37,249 bases of DNA from NCBI GenBank assembly GCA_033811555.1, contig JAPXOG010000005.1, forward strand, positions 1 to 37,249, read 5' to 3'. Numbering within the stretch: position 1 is the stretch's first letter; each line of letters starts with the position of its first letter. The notes below the pieces were generated by a model that saw nothing but the letters and a program-made list of their open reading frames with translations, did not search any database and was not told the origin of the DNA. Made by a program: the position numbers and the translations under genes. Positions 8,103 through 16,683 of the stretch are shown here, piece by piece. Source of the DNA: Minisyncoccota bacterium. GTDB taxonomy: Bacteria > Patescibacteriota > Minisyncoccia > Phycocordibacterales > EsbW-18.

Positions 8103-8759
8103 ATGGATACAATCACAATAGAAAAACGAAATGAGGGGGGCGTAGACGTCCTTCGAAAAGCTGGTAAAATTCCGGCGGTTTTTTATGGTCCTAAAGAGGA
8201 ATCAACTTCGATTTCAGTTGACGAAAAAGAATTTATCCGTGTGTTTAAGAGTGCTGGGGAATCGTCAATTATTACGCTTGAAGGAGTTGGCGAATCAAAG
8301 GATGCGTTAATACATGATGTATCACGTGATCCAGTTAGTGGTGAAATTCAACATATAGATTTTTATATAATTGAAAAAGGTAAAAAGATTACCGTTGATG
8401 TTCCGTTGTTGTTCACAGGTGAAGCGCCTGCAGTGAAGAATTTAGGTGGTACACTAATTAAGGTGATGCATGAGGTTGAGGTTGAGGCAATGCCGAAAGA
8501 ACTTCCTCATGAAATTATCGTAGATGTTTCTTCCCTAGAAACGTTTGATAGTCAAATCACTATAAACGATATACGCGTACCAGCAGGAGTTACCATTCTA
8601 GATAGTGGAGATGAGGTTGTAGCAGCAATTTCTCAGCCAAAAGAAGAAATTGAAGAACCCGTTGCACAAATTGATATGGATGCAATTGAGGTTGAGAAGA
8701 AAGGTAAGAGCGAATCACAAGAAGACGGTTCAGGAGAGCAGAATGGAGAAACTGCATAG
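8103..8759 (+). CDS. rplY: 50S ribosomal protein L25, long Ctc form
   Basis: LRKAGKIPAVFYGPKEES..., with an acidic C-terminal tail as in Ctc-type L25. The ATG at 8103 is preferred to the TTG at 8082. Confidence 0.88.
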   Translation: MDTITIEKRNEGGVDVLRKAGKIPAVFYGPKEESTSISVDEKEFIRVFKSAGESSIITLEGVGESKDALIHDVSRDPVSGEIQHIDFYIIEKGKKITVDVPLLFTGEAPAVKNLGGTLIKVMHEVEVEAMPKELPHEIIVDVSSLETFDSQITINDIRVPAGVTILDSGDEVVAAISQPKEEIEEPVAQIDMDAIEVEKKGKSESQEDGSGEQNGETA

Positions 8760-8773
8760 CACGCAATAGCGTC

Positions 8774-10135
8774 ATGCGTTTTTTATTTACGACTATTATT
8801 ACTATTTTATTCTCTGTCTGCGTTGCTACGTGGATGCCTGTTTTTGCGCAAACGAAGTCTTTGTCAGAAGCGATAGAACGACGACAGAAAGAACTTGAAT
8901 CTGATTTACAGAAGATAGAAAAAGAGATTGAGATCCAGCAGAAATTTCTTGATGAAAAAAGAACCGAACGAGTATCGCTTGAAAGAGACGTGTCTATATT
9001 AAATGCAGAAATAAAGAAGTCTCAACTTGCAATACAGGGGCGCACACATACTATTTCGAAGCTTGGAAGTGAAATTGGTAATAAACAGAAGATTATTCAA
9101 GAACTTACGAAGCGTATGGAGCGTCAAAAAGCGTCCTTGGCGCAACTTATACGAGAAACTAATGCCATAGGCGATTATTCCCTTGTGGAGGTAGTGCTTT
9201 CAAAGGAAAATATTTCTGACTTCTTTGAAGATTTAGATTCGTTTGATTCTATTACTATTTCCTTGCAAAACTCATTTCGTGAAATTGAGGAGACAAAAGC
9301 CGAAACACAAGAAGAGAAGCTTTCTTTAGAGGAATCTCAAAAGCGTGAAATTGATTTGAAGTATATTCAAGAGATTGAAAAACAAAAAGTTGAGGCACAG
9401 GAAAAAGAAAAACAATATGTTCTTGGAGTTACGAAAGGTCAAGAGAGTGTGTATCAGAATATAGTAGAAGAACGCAAACGAGAGGCAGCACGAATTCGTG
9501 CAGAACTATTTGCTCTTCGTGATGCAGAAGGTATTCAGTTTGGTGAAGCGCTTGAATATGCAAAGGAGGCGGAACGTCTTACCGGGGTCCGCGCAGCATT
9601 TTTGCTTGGTATTTTGAAACAGGAAAGTAATATAGGACAAAATGTTGGTTCCTGTGTTATTACTAACCTCACTACAGGAGAAACAAAAAGTGTAAACTCA
9701 GGGACGATTTTTGCAAATGGTATACATCCAAGTCGGGATTTGCCGGTATTACAGAAAATTTTAAAAGATCTAGGTAGAGATCCGCTTTCTACAAAGGTAT
9801 CTTGTCCGCTTTCTGTAGGTTATGGAGGTGCCATGGGTCCAGCCCAGTTTATCCCTTCCACGTGGTCAAATTACATTGAACGTCTAAAAAATATGCTTGG
9901 AAAACAACCAGATCCTTGGAATCCGAGAGATGCGTTTATAGCATCGGCGACGTTTCTTGCTGATTTGGGAGCAGCGAAGAGGGGGTACAGTGCTGAGCAC
10001 GAAGCTGCGGCTAGGTATTATGCTGGCGGTAACTGGCAGACGCTTGGTCAGGGATATGCAAGCAGTGTCTTAAATCATGCCCAAACTATTCAAACGACCA
10101 TGATTGATCCGATTGAGCGCGCTTCTCAAAATTGA
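8774..10135 (+). CDS. Secreted coiled-coil protein with a C-terminal lytic transglycosylase (MltB/SLT_2-like) domain
   Basis: N-terminal signal/TM (FTTIITILFSVCVATWMPVFA), about 220 aa of heptad-rich Glu/Lys/Gln sequence, then LGILKQESNIGQNVG and GGAMGPAQFIPSTW...DPWNPRDAFIASATFL, typical of lytic murein transglycosylases. Confidence 0.75.
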   Translation: MRFLFTTIITILFSVCVATWMPVFAQTKSLSEAIERRQKELESDLQKIEKEIEIQQKFLDEKRTERVSLERDVSILNAEIKKSQLAIQGRTHTISKLGSEIGNKQKIIQELTKRMERQKASLAQLIRETNAIGDYSLVEVVLSKENISDFFEDLDSFDSITISLQNSFREIEETKAETQEEKLSLEESQKREIDLKYIQEIEKQKVEAQEKEKQYVLGVTKGQESVYQNIVEERKREAARIRAELFALRDAEGIQFGEALEYAKEAERLTGVRAAFLLGILKQESNIGQNVGSCVITNLTTGETKSVNSGTIFANGIHPSRDLPVLQKILKDLGRDPLSTKVSCPLSVGYGGAMGPAQFIPSTWSNYIERLKNMLGKQPDPWNPRDAFIASATFLADLGAAKRGYSAEHEAAARYYAGGNWQTLGQGYASSVLNHAQTIQTTMIDPIERASQN

Positions 10136-10174
10136 TACAGTGGTTTTAAATGTATTGTCAGAAACAAAAGTTTT

Positions 10175-10183
10175 TGATAGTAT
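10175..10183 (+). promoter_or_regulatory. Extended -10 (TGaTAGTAT) 9 nt upstream of the rpmE ATG
   Basis: TGATAGTAT at 10175-10183, spacer gtttcctct, ATG at 10193. Confidence 0.45.
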
Positions 10184-10192
10184 GTTTCCTCT

Positions 10193-10483
10193 ATGAAGAC
10201 TGATACACACCCAGAGTATTTTCCGAAAGCGCGCGTAAAATGTGCGTGTGGCAACACGTTTACTGTAGGTTCTACAAAAGAAACCATTGAAGTAGAGGTG
10301 TGTTCATCTTGTCATCCGTTTTTCATTGGAGATGATAGTAAGAAAGTGCTTGCTGGACGTCTTGAAAAATTTAAGACTCGCCTAAGCGCTTCTTCTGCAA
10401 AACGCCAAACAATAAAAAAGAATTCTTCTACGCAAAAGACAAAACGAGCTCCTGTCTCATCTGAAGAGTCGGCGGAAAACTAA
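10193..10483 (+). CDS. rpmE: 50S ribosomal protein L31 (Zn-ribbon type A) with a basic C-terminal extension
   Basis: MKTDTHPEY...CACGNTF...CSSCHPFF is canonical L31 with both Cys pairs. About 25 extra Lys/Ser-rich residues follow at the C-terminus. Confidence 0.92.
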   Translation: MKTDTHPEYFPKARVKCACGNTFTVGSTKETIEVEVCSSCHPFFIGDDSKKVLAGRLEKFKTRLSASSAKRQTIKKNSSTQKTKRAPVSSEESAEN

Positions 10484-10494
10484 CTTTTTGAATA

Positions 10495-10530
10495 ACATCC
10501 GACCCGTAACTGGTCGGATGTTCGTTTGTA
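10495..10530 (+). terminator. Intrinsic terminator after rpmE
   Basis: ACATCCGACC (10495-10504) / GGTCGGATGT (10512-10521) with a 7-nt loop, followed by TCGTTTGT. Confidence 0.6.
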
Positions 10531-10537
10531 TACAAGT

Positions 10538-11503
10538 ATGAAGTTTGACATGGAAAAGATAAAAAAGAATCCAAAAACAGCGTTTTTTGCGTCCGAACTT
10601 GAACGGTTAGATCGTGAGAGACATGACATAGAGCAGACGTTAATTGCGGATCCATCGTTGGAAGAAATTGCAAAAGATGATTTGAAAAGCATAGAGGAAT
10701 CGGAACGTGCTCTTTTAGAAAAAATTGAGGTAATTTTTGCAGAGGAACAGCTCGAGGAAGAATTTCCAAACGAGATTATTCTTGAAGTTCGTGCTGGAGC
10801 AGGAGGAGAAGAAGCAGCTTTGTTTGCAGAAGAACTTGCGCAAATGTATTCGCGATATGCTGAAAGGCGAAAGTGGAATTGGACTGTACTTGATGAAAGT
10901 CGAGCTGCAATGGGTGGATATAAGGATGCTTCATTTGAAATTCGAGGTAAGGATGTATATAAAGATTTGCGTTTTGAAACAGGTGTACATCGTGTACAGC
11001 GTATTCCAACAACTGAAAAATCTGGGCGTATTCATACATCAACTGCTTCTGTCGCTATCTTACCGGTTAGAAAAAAATATACAGTTGAAATTAATCCAAC
11101 GGATATTGAAATGGAATTTTCTCGAGCAGGAGGAGCTGGAGGTCAAAACGTAAATAAAGTTGAAACAGCGGTTCGGATTATTCACAAGCCAACAGGTATA
11201 GCCGTTCGTTCGCAGGCAGAGCGTAGTCAGCAACGTAATCGTGAAAAAGCTCTTGCGATGCTCCAAGCAAAATTAGATGCTATAGAGGCAGAGAAGACAG
11301 AGCTTCAGCTTTCCTCCGATCGTCTCTCACAAATAGGTTCGGGCGATCGTTCGGAAAAAATACGAACGTATAATTTTCCTCAAGACCGCATTACCGATCA
11401 TCGTATTAAGGAGAGCTGGTCCAATATCGAATCAGTACTTGATGGTGGTTTAGATGATATGCTTGAAGCGCTCTCTAATGCCTTTAAACAATCCACTACA
11501 TGA
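10538..11503 (+). CDS. prfA: Peptide chain release factor 1
   Basis: [20 protein letters not shown] (GGQ motif). The tripeptide-anticodon region [14 protein letters not shown] is the RF1 PxT type, not the RF2 SPF type. The start is uncertain (TTG 10526, ATG 10538 or ATG 10550). Confidence 0.9.
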   Translation: MKFDMEKIKKNPKTAFFASELERLDRERHDIEQTLIADPSLEEIAKDDLKSIEESERALLEKIEVIFAEEQLEEEFPNEIILEVRAGAGGEEAALFAEELAQMYSRYAERRKWNWTVLDESRAAMGGYKDASFEIRGKDVYKDLRFETGVHRVQRIPTTEKSGRIHTSTASVAILPVRKKYTVEINPTDIEMEFSRAGGAGGQNVNKVETAVRIIHKPTGIAVRSQAERSQQRNREKALAMLQAKLDAIEAEKTELQLSSDRLSQIGSGDRSEKIRTYNFPQDRITDHRIKESWSNIESVLDGGLDDMLEALSNAFKQSTT

Positions 11504-11573
11504 GGAGTCTTGCTTAAAGAGTTACCATTTGATATTCTTGTTAAGCCCATAACGGGCCATTTTCTGTAATTTT

Positions 11574-12365
11574 ATGACCATACAAACTACTTCCGTAGCA
11601 GAACTATTAGCCGCAGGAGCACATTATGCTTATCCGAAGGCAAGACGCCACCCAACAACCAAAAGATATATTTTTGGAGCGAAAGGTGGGGTAGAAATTT
11701 TTGATCTTGAAAAAACTGCAGAATCACTTGCAAAGGCAGTAGAGGTTGTTTCTTCTGTTGCAGCGACTGGGAAAAAAGTTTTATTTGTGGGAGGTAAGCG
11801 TGAGGCCCAAAAGCCAGTACGTAATTTTGCGGCAATGGTTGGAGCACCTTATGTAGCTGGACGATGGGTTGGAGGTACGCTTTCAAATTTTGATATTATC
11901 AAAAAGCGCATAGAGAAGTTGATTAGTCTAATAGGTGAGCGTGAACAAGGTACGCTTACAAAATATACAAAAAAAGAACGTCTTTTGATTGATCGTGAAA
12001 TAAAGCGTCTTGAAGACATGTTCGGTGGAATTAAGGAGCTTAATCAACTTCCGTCTTTGCTAGTTATCATTGATCCGAAGCATGAAAAAAATGCACTAGC
12101 TGAAGCTCGAATGCTTCGTATTCCTGTTGTTGCTCTTGCGAACTCTGATTGTGATATTTCAGCAGTGACTTATCCTATACCAGCAAGTGATGCTAATGTT
12201 GCTACGATTACTTATATACTAGAACAACTTACTAAGGCGTATGCATCTGGAGCCGAACGCGCTCCGAAGAAAACTATCGCTACAGATAGGCGTGTGCATG
12301 CGCAAGGAGATGGCCCTCGCGGACGTCGTTTGCCACGTCAGCCGCGGTCTAATTCTCGTTCTTAA
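11574..12365 (+). CDS. rpsB: 30S ribosomal protein S2
   Basis: LLAAGAHYAYPKARRHPTTKRYIFG...EIFDLEKT..., with a basic Arg-rich C-terminal tail. Confidence 0.93.
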   Translation: MTIQTTSVAELLAAGAHYAYPKARRHPTTKRYIFGAKGGVEIFDLEKTAESLAKAVEVVSSVAATGKKVLFVGGKREAQKPVRNFAAMVGAPYVAGRWVGGTLSNFDIIKKRIEKLISLIGEREQGTLTKYTKKERLLIDREIKRLEDMFGGIKELNQLPSLLVIIDPKHEKNALAEARMLRIPVVALANSDCDISAVTYPIPASDANVATITYILEQLTKAYASGAERAPKKTIATDRRVHAQGDGPRGRRLPRQPRSNSRS

Positions 12366-12373
12366 TTTTTGTT

Positions 12374-12838
12374 ATGATAATAGGAGTTTCAGAAATTAAA
12401 CAATTACGTGATCGGACTGGGTTGCCGATGGTTCAATGCAAAGAGGCCCTAGAGTATTCAGGTGGTGATGTTGAAAAGGCACTTGAGTTCTTGAAAGAAA
12501 AGGGCGCAGTTATCGCTTCAAAGAAACAAGATCGTAGCTTAGGATCGGGTTCTATACAGGCATATGTTCACGGTCATGGGTCGGTAGCCGCACTAGCGGA
12601 ACTTCTATGTGAAACAGATTTTGTGGCACGAAATCCTGAGTTTCAGGCACTTACAAAAGATATTGCAATGCAGATAGCAGCAACAGAGGATGCAATTTTA
12701 GAACAGGGTGTGGAAGAGATACTTAAACAACCATTTTTTAAAGACCCTAGTGTTACTATTGCAAATCTGATTGAAGGAGCAGTTCAAAAGTTTGGAGAAC
12801 GAACCGAACTAGGTCGATTTGTAAAGTATACTGTATAG
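12374..12838 (+). CDS. tsf: Elongation factor Ts, short form (154 aa)
   Basis: N-terminal UBA-like motif IKQLRDRTGLPMVQCKEALEYSGGDVEKALEFLKEKG, then LCETDFVARNPEFQ. Sits 8 nt downstream of rpsB, the conserved rpsB-tsf order. Confidence 0.9.
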   Translation: MIIGVSEIKQLRDRTGLPMVQCKEALEYSGGDVEKALEFLKEKGAVIASKKQDRSLGSGSIQAYVHGHGSVAALAELLCETDFVARNPEFQALTKDIAMQIAATEDAILEQGVEEILKQPFFKDPSVTIANLIEGAVQKFGERTELGRFVKYTV

Positions 12839-12868
12839 TAATTGTGCGCATAATGGCGCGACAATGTT

Positions 12869-13351
12869 ATGACGATACTTATGTGGATTTGTGCCGGTTC
12901 AGCATTTCTCCTTTTTGTTTTTTGGGTTTTTAAGGGATGGGAAATTCGGCGTAGTAATCCGACCTTTGTAACTCTTTTTTTTCAGAGACACTCTCCAACT
13001 TCTGAAAAGATGTTCAATGTGTGCGTTGCGTATGTACGTAGTTTCATTGTGCGATGTATAAGGGCAATTCGTAGAGTGTTTAAATCATTGACGAATAAAA
13101 TTATCGCATTAGTTCGGACTGCGTTCGTTGTTTTTGGTGCACATCTAATACGTATTGCGCGTGGCGAACATTTGCTTTCTGAAAGTAGAATTCCTTCTAT
13201 TTATTTTAAACTTTTGCATCGGCATAAAAAAAATATCAATGGATCTGAAATCCCTAAAGGAATCGCTCAGCCTGATATACCTAGACGTATTAGAATACAG
13301 GTATCTAATGAAGATAGGGGTGGCGCAACTTCCCTGGAACAGGTAGAATAG
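12869..13351 (+). CDS. Hypothetical basic protein with an N-terminal TM helix
   Basis: 160-aa ORF with a hydrophobic N-terminus (ILMWICAGSAFLLFVFWVF) and an Arg/Lys-rich remainder. No recognised motifs; the only long ORF in this interval. Confidence 0.45.
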   Translation: MTILMWICAGSAFLLFVFWVFKGWEIRRSNPTFVTLFFQRHSPTSEKMFNVCVAYVRSFIVRCIRAIRRVFKSLTNKIIALVRTAFVVFGAHLIRIARGEHLLSESRIPSIYFKLLHRHKKNINGSEIPKGIAQPDIPRRIRIQVSNEDRGGATSLEQVE

Positions 13352-13358
13352 TTTTTGT

Positions 13359-13435
13359 GCCACCTTAGCTCAGTTGGTTAGAGCAGCTGTTTTGTAAACA
13401 GCAGGTCCCCAGTTCGAATCTGGGAGGTGGCTCCA
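13359..13435 (+). tRNA. tRNA-Thr (anticodon UGU), CCA encoded
   Basis: Hand-folded cloverleaf. Acceptor GCCACCT/AGGTGGC, D arm GCTC-AGTTGGTTA-GAGC, anticodon arm GCTGT-TTTGTAA-ACAGC (TGT at positions 34-36), variable loop AGGTC, T arm CCCAG-TTCGAAT-CTGGG, discriminator T plus CCA. Confidence 0.93.
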
Positions 13436-13520
13436 GGATAGAGGTGTAAGTTGTTGGAGGTTGAGGATTAGATTTAAAAAGCGTTCAATATAGGACGTTT
13501 TTTGTTTTTCAAATCAAAGG

Positions 13521-13526
13521 TATAAT
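13521..13526 (+). promoter_or_regulatory. -10 box (TATAAT) 9 nt upstream of the pheS ATG
   Basis: TATAAT at 13521-13526, spacer cagctcata, ATG at 13536. Confidence 0.45.
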
Positions 13527-13535
13527 CAGCTCATA

Positions 13536-14255
13536 ATGAAACTAACGCTTTATCATCATCCGTTATCCGCAGCTATTCGTGACGCAGTTCGTATTTTTTC
13601 ACGAATGGGATTTGATGTTGCTTCAGGGCCTGAAATTGAAGATGAGTGGCACAATTTTACAGCACTAAATGTACCGAAAGATCACCCAGCTCGCGACATG
13701 CAAGATACATTTTGGCTTCCGGATGGTCGCGTTTTGCGTACTCACACATCGCCAGTACAAATACGTTGGATGAAAACGCATTCACCTCCAATTAGAATTA
13801 TAGCTCCAGGGAAAGTGTTTCGAAACGAAGCAACTGACATGACTCATGAAGCACAGTTTTATCAGTTGGAAGGATTAGTAGTTTCTGAAGACACAACTCT
13901 TGCGCATCTCAAGTGGGTTTTAGAGACATTTTTTTCTGAATTTTTCGACAGTGCAGTTGAAGTTCGATTACGCCCAAGCTTTTTTGGTTTTACAGAACCG
14001 TCAGTTGAAGTAGATATGCGTATGTCGGGGGAGAGTGCGCCACAGAAACTTCGCGATCGATGGATTGAAGTATTTGGAGCAGGAATGGTGCATCCATACG
14101 TTCTTAATAACGCAGGAATTAACTCGAAGAAATATCGTGGTTTTGCTTTTGGTGGAGGTATAGAGCGGTTGTGTATGTTGCGGTGGGGTATAGATGACAT
14201 ACGAGTTTTCCATGACGGTGATATTCGTTTGACATCTCAGTTTCCTTCCAAATAA
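13536..14255 (+). CDS. pheS: Phenylalanine--tRNA ligase alpha subunit, catalytic core only (239 aa)
   Basis: HPLSAAIRDAVRIFSRMGFDV..GPEIEDEWHNFTALNVPKDHPARDMQDTFW (motif 1 region), FRNEA (motif 2), GFAFGGGIERL (motif 3). The usual roughly 100-aa N-terminal helical arm is absent. Confidence 0.92.
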   Translation: MKLTLYHHPLSAAIRDAVRIFSRMGFDVASGPEIEDEWHNFTALNVPKDHPARDMQDTFWLPDGRVLRTHTSPVQIRWMKTHSPPIRIIAPGKVFRNEATDMTHEAQFYQLEGLVVSEDTTLAHLKWVLETFFSEFFDSAVEVRLRPSFFGFTEPSVEVDMRMSGESAPQKLRDRWIEVFGAGMVHPYVLNNAGINSKKYRGFAFGGGIERLCMLRWGIDDIRVFHDGDIRLTSQFPSK

Positions 14256-14259
14256 ATAT

Positions 14260-16683
14260 ATGAAGGTTTCTCTATCATGGCTTCAGACATTTTTTGAAAC
14301 TCCGCTTCCTGATGCGGAGGATATCAAGCAGGTACTTACTTTCGGAGCGTTTGAGGTTGAGGATGTAGAGGGTATTGGAAATGATGTGGTATTTGATGTG
14401 AACGTGCTACCAAACCGAGCTCATGATTGCCTTTCACATAGAGGTATCGCAAAGGAGCTTTCGGTTTTATTGGATATTCCAATGAAGCGAGACCCACTTT
14501 TAGATCAGAAGAATTCATGTGTTTGCATAGGAGATCTTTCTGTGGTTGTAGATGACAGTAATGCATGCCCTGTATACCATGCGGCACGCATATCTGGTAT
14601 CACAGTAGGTCCTTCTCCTGATTGGTTGGTTAAGCGTCTTGAAACCATAGGACAGCGTTCAATTAATAATGTAGTGGATGCTACAAATTTTGTGATGCAT
14701 GAGTTAGGTCAGCCTTTGCATGCTTTTGACACAGGAAAACTAAGTTTACGTGACGGCATTGTCTCTCTTCGTGTGCGTATGGCACGAGCAGGAGAACGAA
14801 TACATATTCTTGGTGGTGAAGAGATAGAGCTTTCCGAACGAATACAACTTATAACGGATGCATCGTCTGAGGAGCCTCTTGCTATCGCAGGAATAAAAGG
14901 TGGTGCACATGCAGAAGTGGATAATGCAACGACAGACATCGTATTGGAGTCGGCGAAGTTTCATCCATCACTGACGCGCAAAGCATCTCAGATTCTGAAA
15001 ATTCGCACAGATGCTTCACAGCGTTTTGAGAATGAAATTCCAGATGAACTTCCAGCGCAAGCTATGCAAACACTTATTGAACTTATTCTTGAGGTGGCTG
15101 GAGGTAAGCAAATCGCGTATTCGTATGTGCAACGACAAATGCCGAAACTCCCATATATTGTGGGATTTTCTTCTTCTGAAGTTAACGCACTTCTAGGAAC
15201 ACAACTTTCTGACGAAGAAGTAGCTCGCATTCTGCAACGGTTTGGGTTTGAATTTGAAATTGTAAGAGATCCGCGCGCTAAAATTGTAGATTGCGCGCGT
15301 AGCGCTATTGGAGCACAGTATAAGCGCCTTGCCCGTATACGATTTGATACTCCAGAGAGTTTCAATTGTTCTTCATTAACATCATGGTGTGCTATTGAAG
15401 CAGGATATTCATTTGGCATTGCTCGTATAGCTATAGATCAGTTTGCATATCTTGACCACGTTGATGAAAAAGACGCTCTTCCTGGAGATTTTGTGTTTAC
15501 AAATACTGGAGTTGTACAAAAACAAGATGGAGTTATGTATTCTCGAGTTCTAGATACAATAGTACAGGATGAATCTATACGAACACAGACTCTAGAGTTT
15601 CTTCCAGGTACAGATATTGGGCATGGTGTCGATCATGTTGGAGTGTATGTTGGTGACGGAAAGGTAATACATGCTTCATCTAGTGCAGGAGAAGTTGTTG
15701 AAGAACTTTTGTATGAAAGCAAAGGTTTTAGTAAAGAAAAGTGGTACAGAAGAGTTGTGCATAGTAATGAATCGCGGTTTGCGGTAACTATTCCTTATAC
15801 ACGTCTTGATTTGCGTTTGCCTTCCGACATCTTTGAAGAGATAGGACGTGTATATGGGTACAAAAATATACCAGCTAAACAATTGCCACCTCGTGAGTTG
15901 GTCCCAGAGAGTAATGAAGTGTTTCTTTGTTCAGAAATAATAAGGAAAACTCTTGGCAATCTTGGGTTTCTTGAAGTGTATTCATACTCATTTCGAGATG
16001 TTGGCAAAGTATTATTGTCTAACCCGTTGTCTCAGGATAAGGCTTATTTACGAGAAACTCTTGCAGGAGGTATAGCCGACGATCTGGAAAAAGGAGAATA
16101 TCACGCTTCATTTTTGGGTTTGCAAAGTGTTTTACTGTATGAGATAGGCACTGTGTTTCACAGTAATGAAGAGCGTGTTCATGTGTGCGTAGGAGTTCGT
16201 TCACTTGATTCTAAAAATAGAGATTCTCGTTCAAAAGAAAAATTACTTGAAGCGAAAGAGGCGCTTGAGAGAGTACTTGGAATTAATCTTGATGTGCAAA
16301 TAGGGGATGAGACATTTGAGTTTGACATTGAAAGGGCGATTTCTGGGAAAAAATTGTGGAGCACGGATTTAGCAGGAGTTGCTCCTGGAGTTGTTTATGT
16401 TGCGCCATCATCGTACCCACATGTTCTTCGTGACATAGCGGTATGGGTTGCTGATGGAAAAGGTGATTCTCATACAGTTTTAGAAATGGTTCAAAAAAGT
16501 GCAGGAGATTTACTGGTGCGTGCAGATTTGTTTGACACGTTTACAAAAGATGGAAGAACTTCTTACGCTTATCATCTTGTGTTTCAGTCACGTGAGAAGA
16601 CACTAACTGACCATGAGATAAACGATATCATGGAGAAAGTAACTGTTCTTCTTGATGCTCAAGAAGGTTGGCAGGTACGATAA
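14260..16683 (+). CDS. pheT: Phenylalanine--tRNA ligase beta subunit lacking the B2 OB fold and carrying an inserted NlpC/P60-like domain
   Basis: B1 (MKVSLSWLQTFF...), then directly LPNRAHDCLSHRGIAKEL. B3/B4 (INNVVDATNFVMHELGQPLHAFD). B5 split by an insert (see the next feature). C-terminal VLRDIAVWV...YAYHLVFQS (FDX-ACB-like). Confidence 0.92.
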   Translation: MKVSLSWLQTFFETPLPDAEDIKQVLTFGAFEVEDVEGIGNDVVFDVNVLPNRAHDCLSHRGIAKELSVLLDIPMKRDPLLDQKNSCVCIGDLSVVVDDSNACPVYHAARISGITVGPSPDWLVKRLETIGQRSINNVVDATNFVMHELGQPLHAFDTGKLSLRDGIVSLRVRMARAGERIHILGGEEIELSERIQLITDASSEEPLAIAGIKGGAHAEVDNATTDIVLESAKFHPSLTRKASQILKIRTDASQRFENEIPDELPAQAMQTLIELILEVAGGKQIAYSYVQRQMPKLPYIVGFSSSEVNALLGTQLSDEEVARILQRFGFEFEIVRDPRAKIVDCARSAIGAQYKRLARIRFDTPESFNCSSLTSWCAIEAGYSFGIARIAIDQFAYLDHVDEKDALPGDFVFTNTGVVQKQDGVMYSRVLDTIVQDESIRTQTLEFLPGTDIGHGVDHVGVYVGDGKVIHASSSAGEVVEELLYESKGFSKEKWYRRVVHSNESRFAVTIPYTRLDLRLPSDIFEEIGRVYGYKNIPAKQLPPRELVPESNEVFLCSEIIRKTLGNLGFLEVYSYSFRDVGKVLLSNPLSQDKAYLRETLAGGIADDLEKGEYHASFLGLQSVLLYEIGTVFHSNEERVHVCVGVRSLDSKNRDSRSKEKLLEAKEALERVLGINLDVQIGDETFEFDIERAISGKKLWSTDLAGVAPGVVYVAPSSYPHVLRDIAVWVADGKGDSHTVLEMVQKSAGDLLVRADLFDTFTKDGRTSYAYHLVFQSREKTLTDHEINDIMEKVTVLLDAQEGWQVR
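15265..15777 (+). other. NlpC/P60 (papain-like cysteine hydrolase) domain inserted in the PheT B5 domain
   Basis: ARSAIGAQYK..., FNCSSLTSW (Cys370, nt 15367-15369), PGDFVF, DHVGVYVGDGKVIHAS (His459, His471). Flanked by the B5 halves ...ILQRFGFEFEIV and FAVTIPYTRLDLRLPSDIFEEIGRVYGY. Confidence 0.75.

Noticed and set aside
10737-11153. A 138-aa ORF in an alternative frame inside the release-factor gene, suggesting an RF2-style programmed +1 frameshift.
   Set aside because: The release-factor ORF is continuous in one frame from the start to the GGQ motif and beyond, and it is the RF1 (PxT) type, which is not frameshift-regulated.
13436-13535. A T-box or other leader riboswitch upstream of pheS (and similarly upstream of leuS at 32136-32225).
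   Set aside because: The gaps are only about 90-100 nt, lack a specifier or T-box sequence, and the -10 boxes sit 8-9 nt from the ATGs, leaving no room for a leader.
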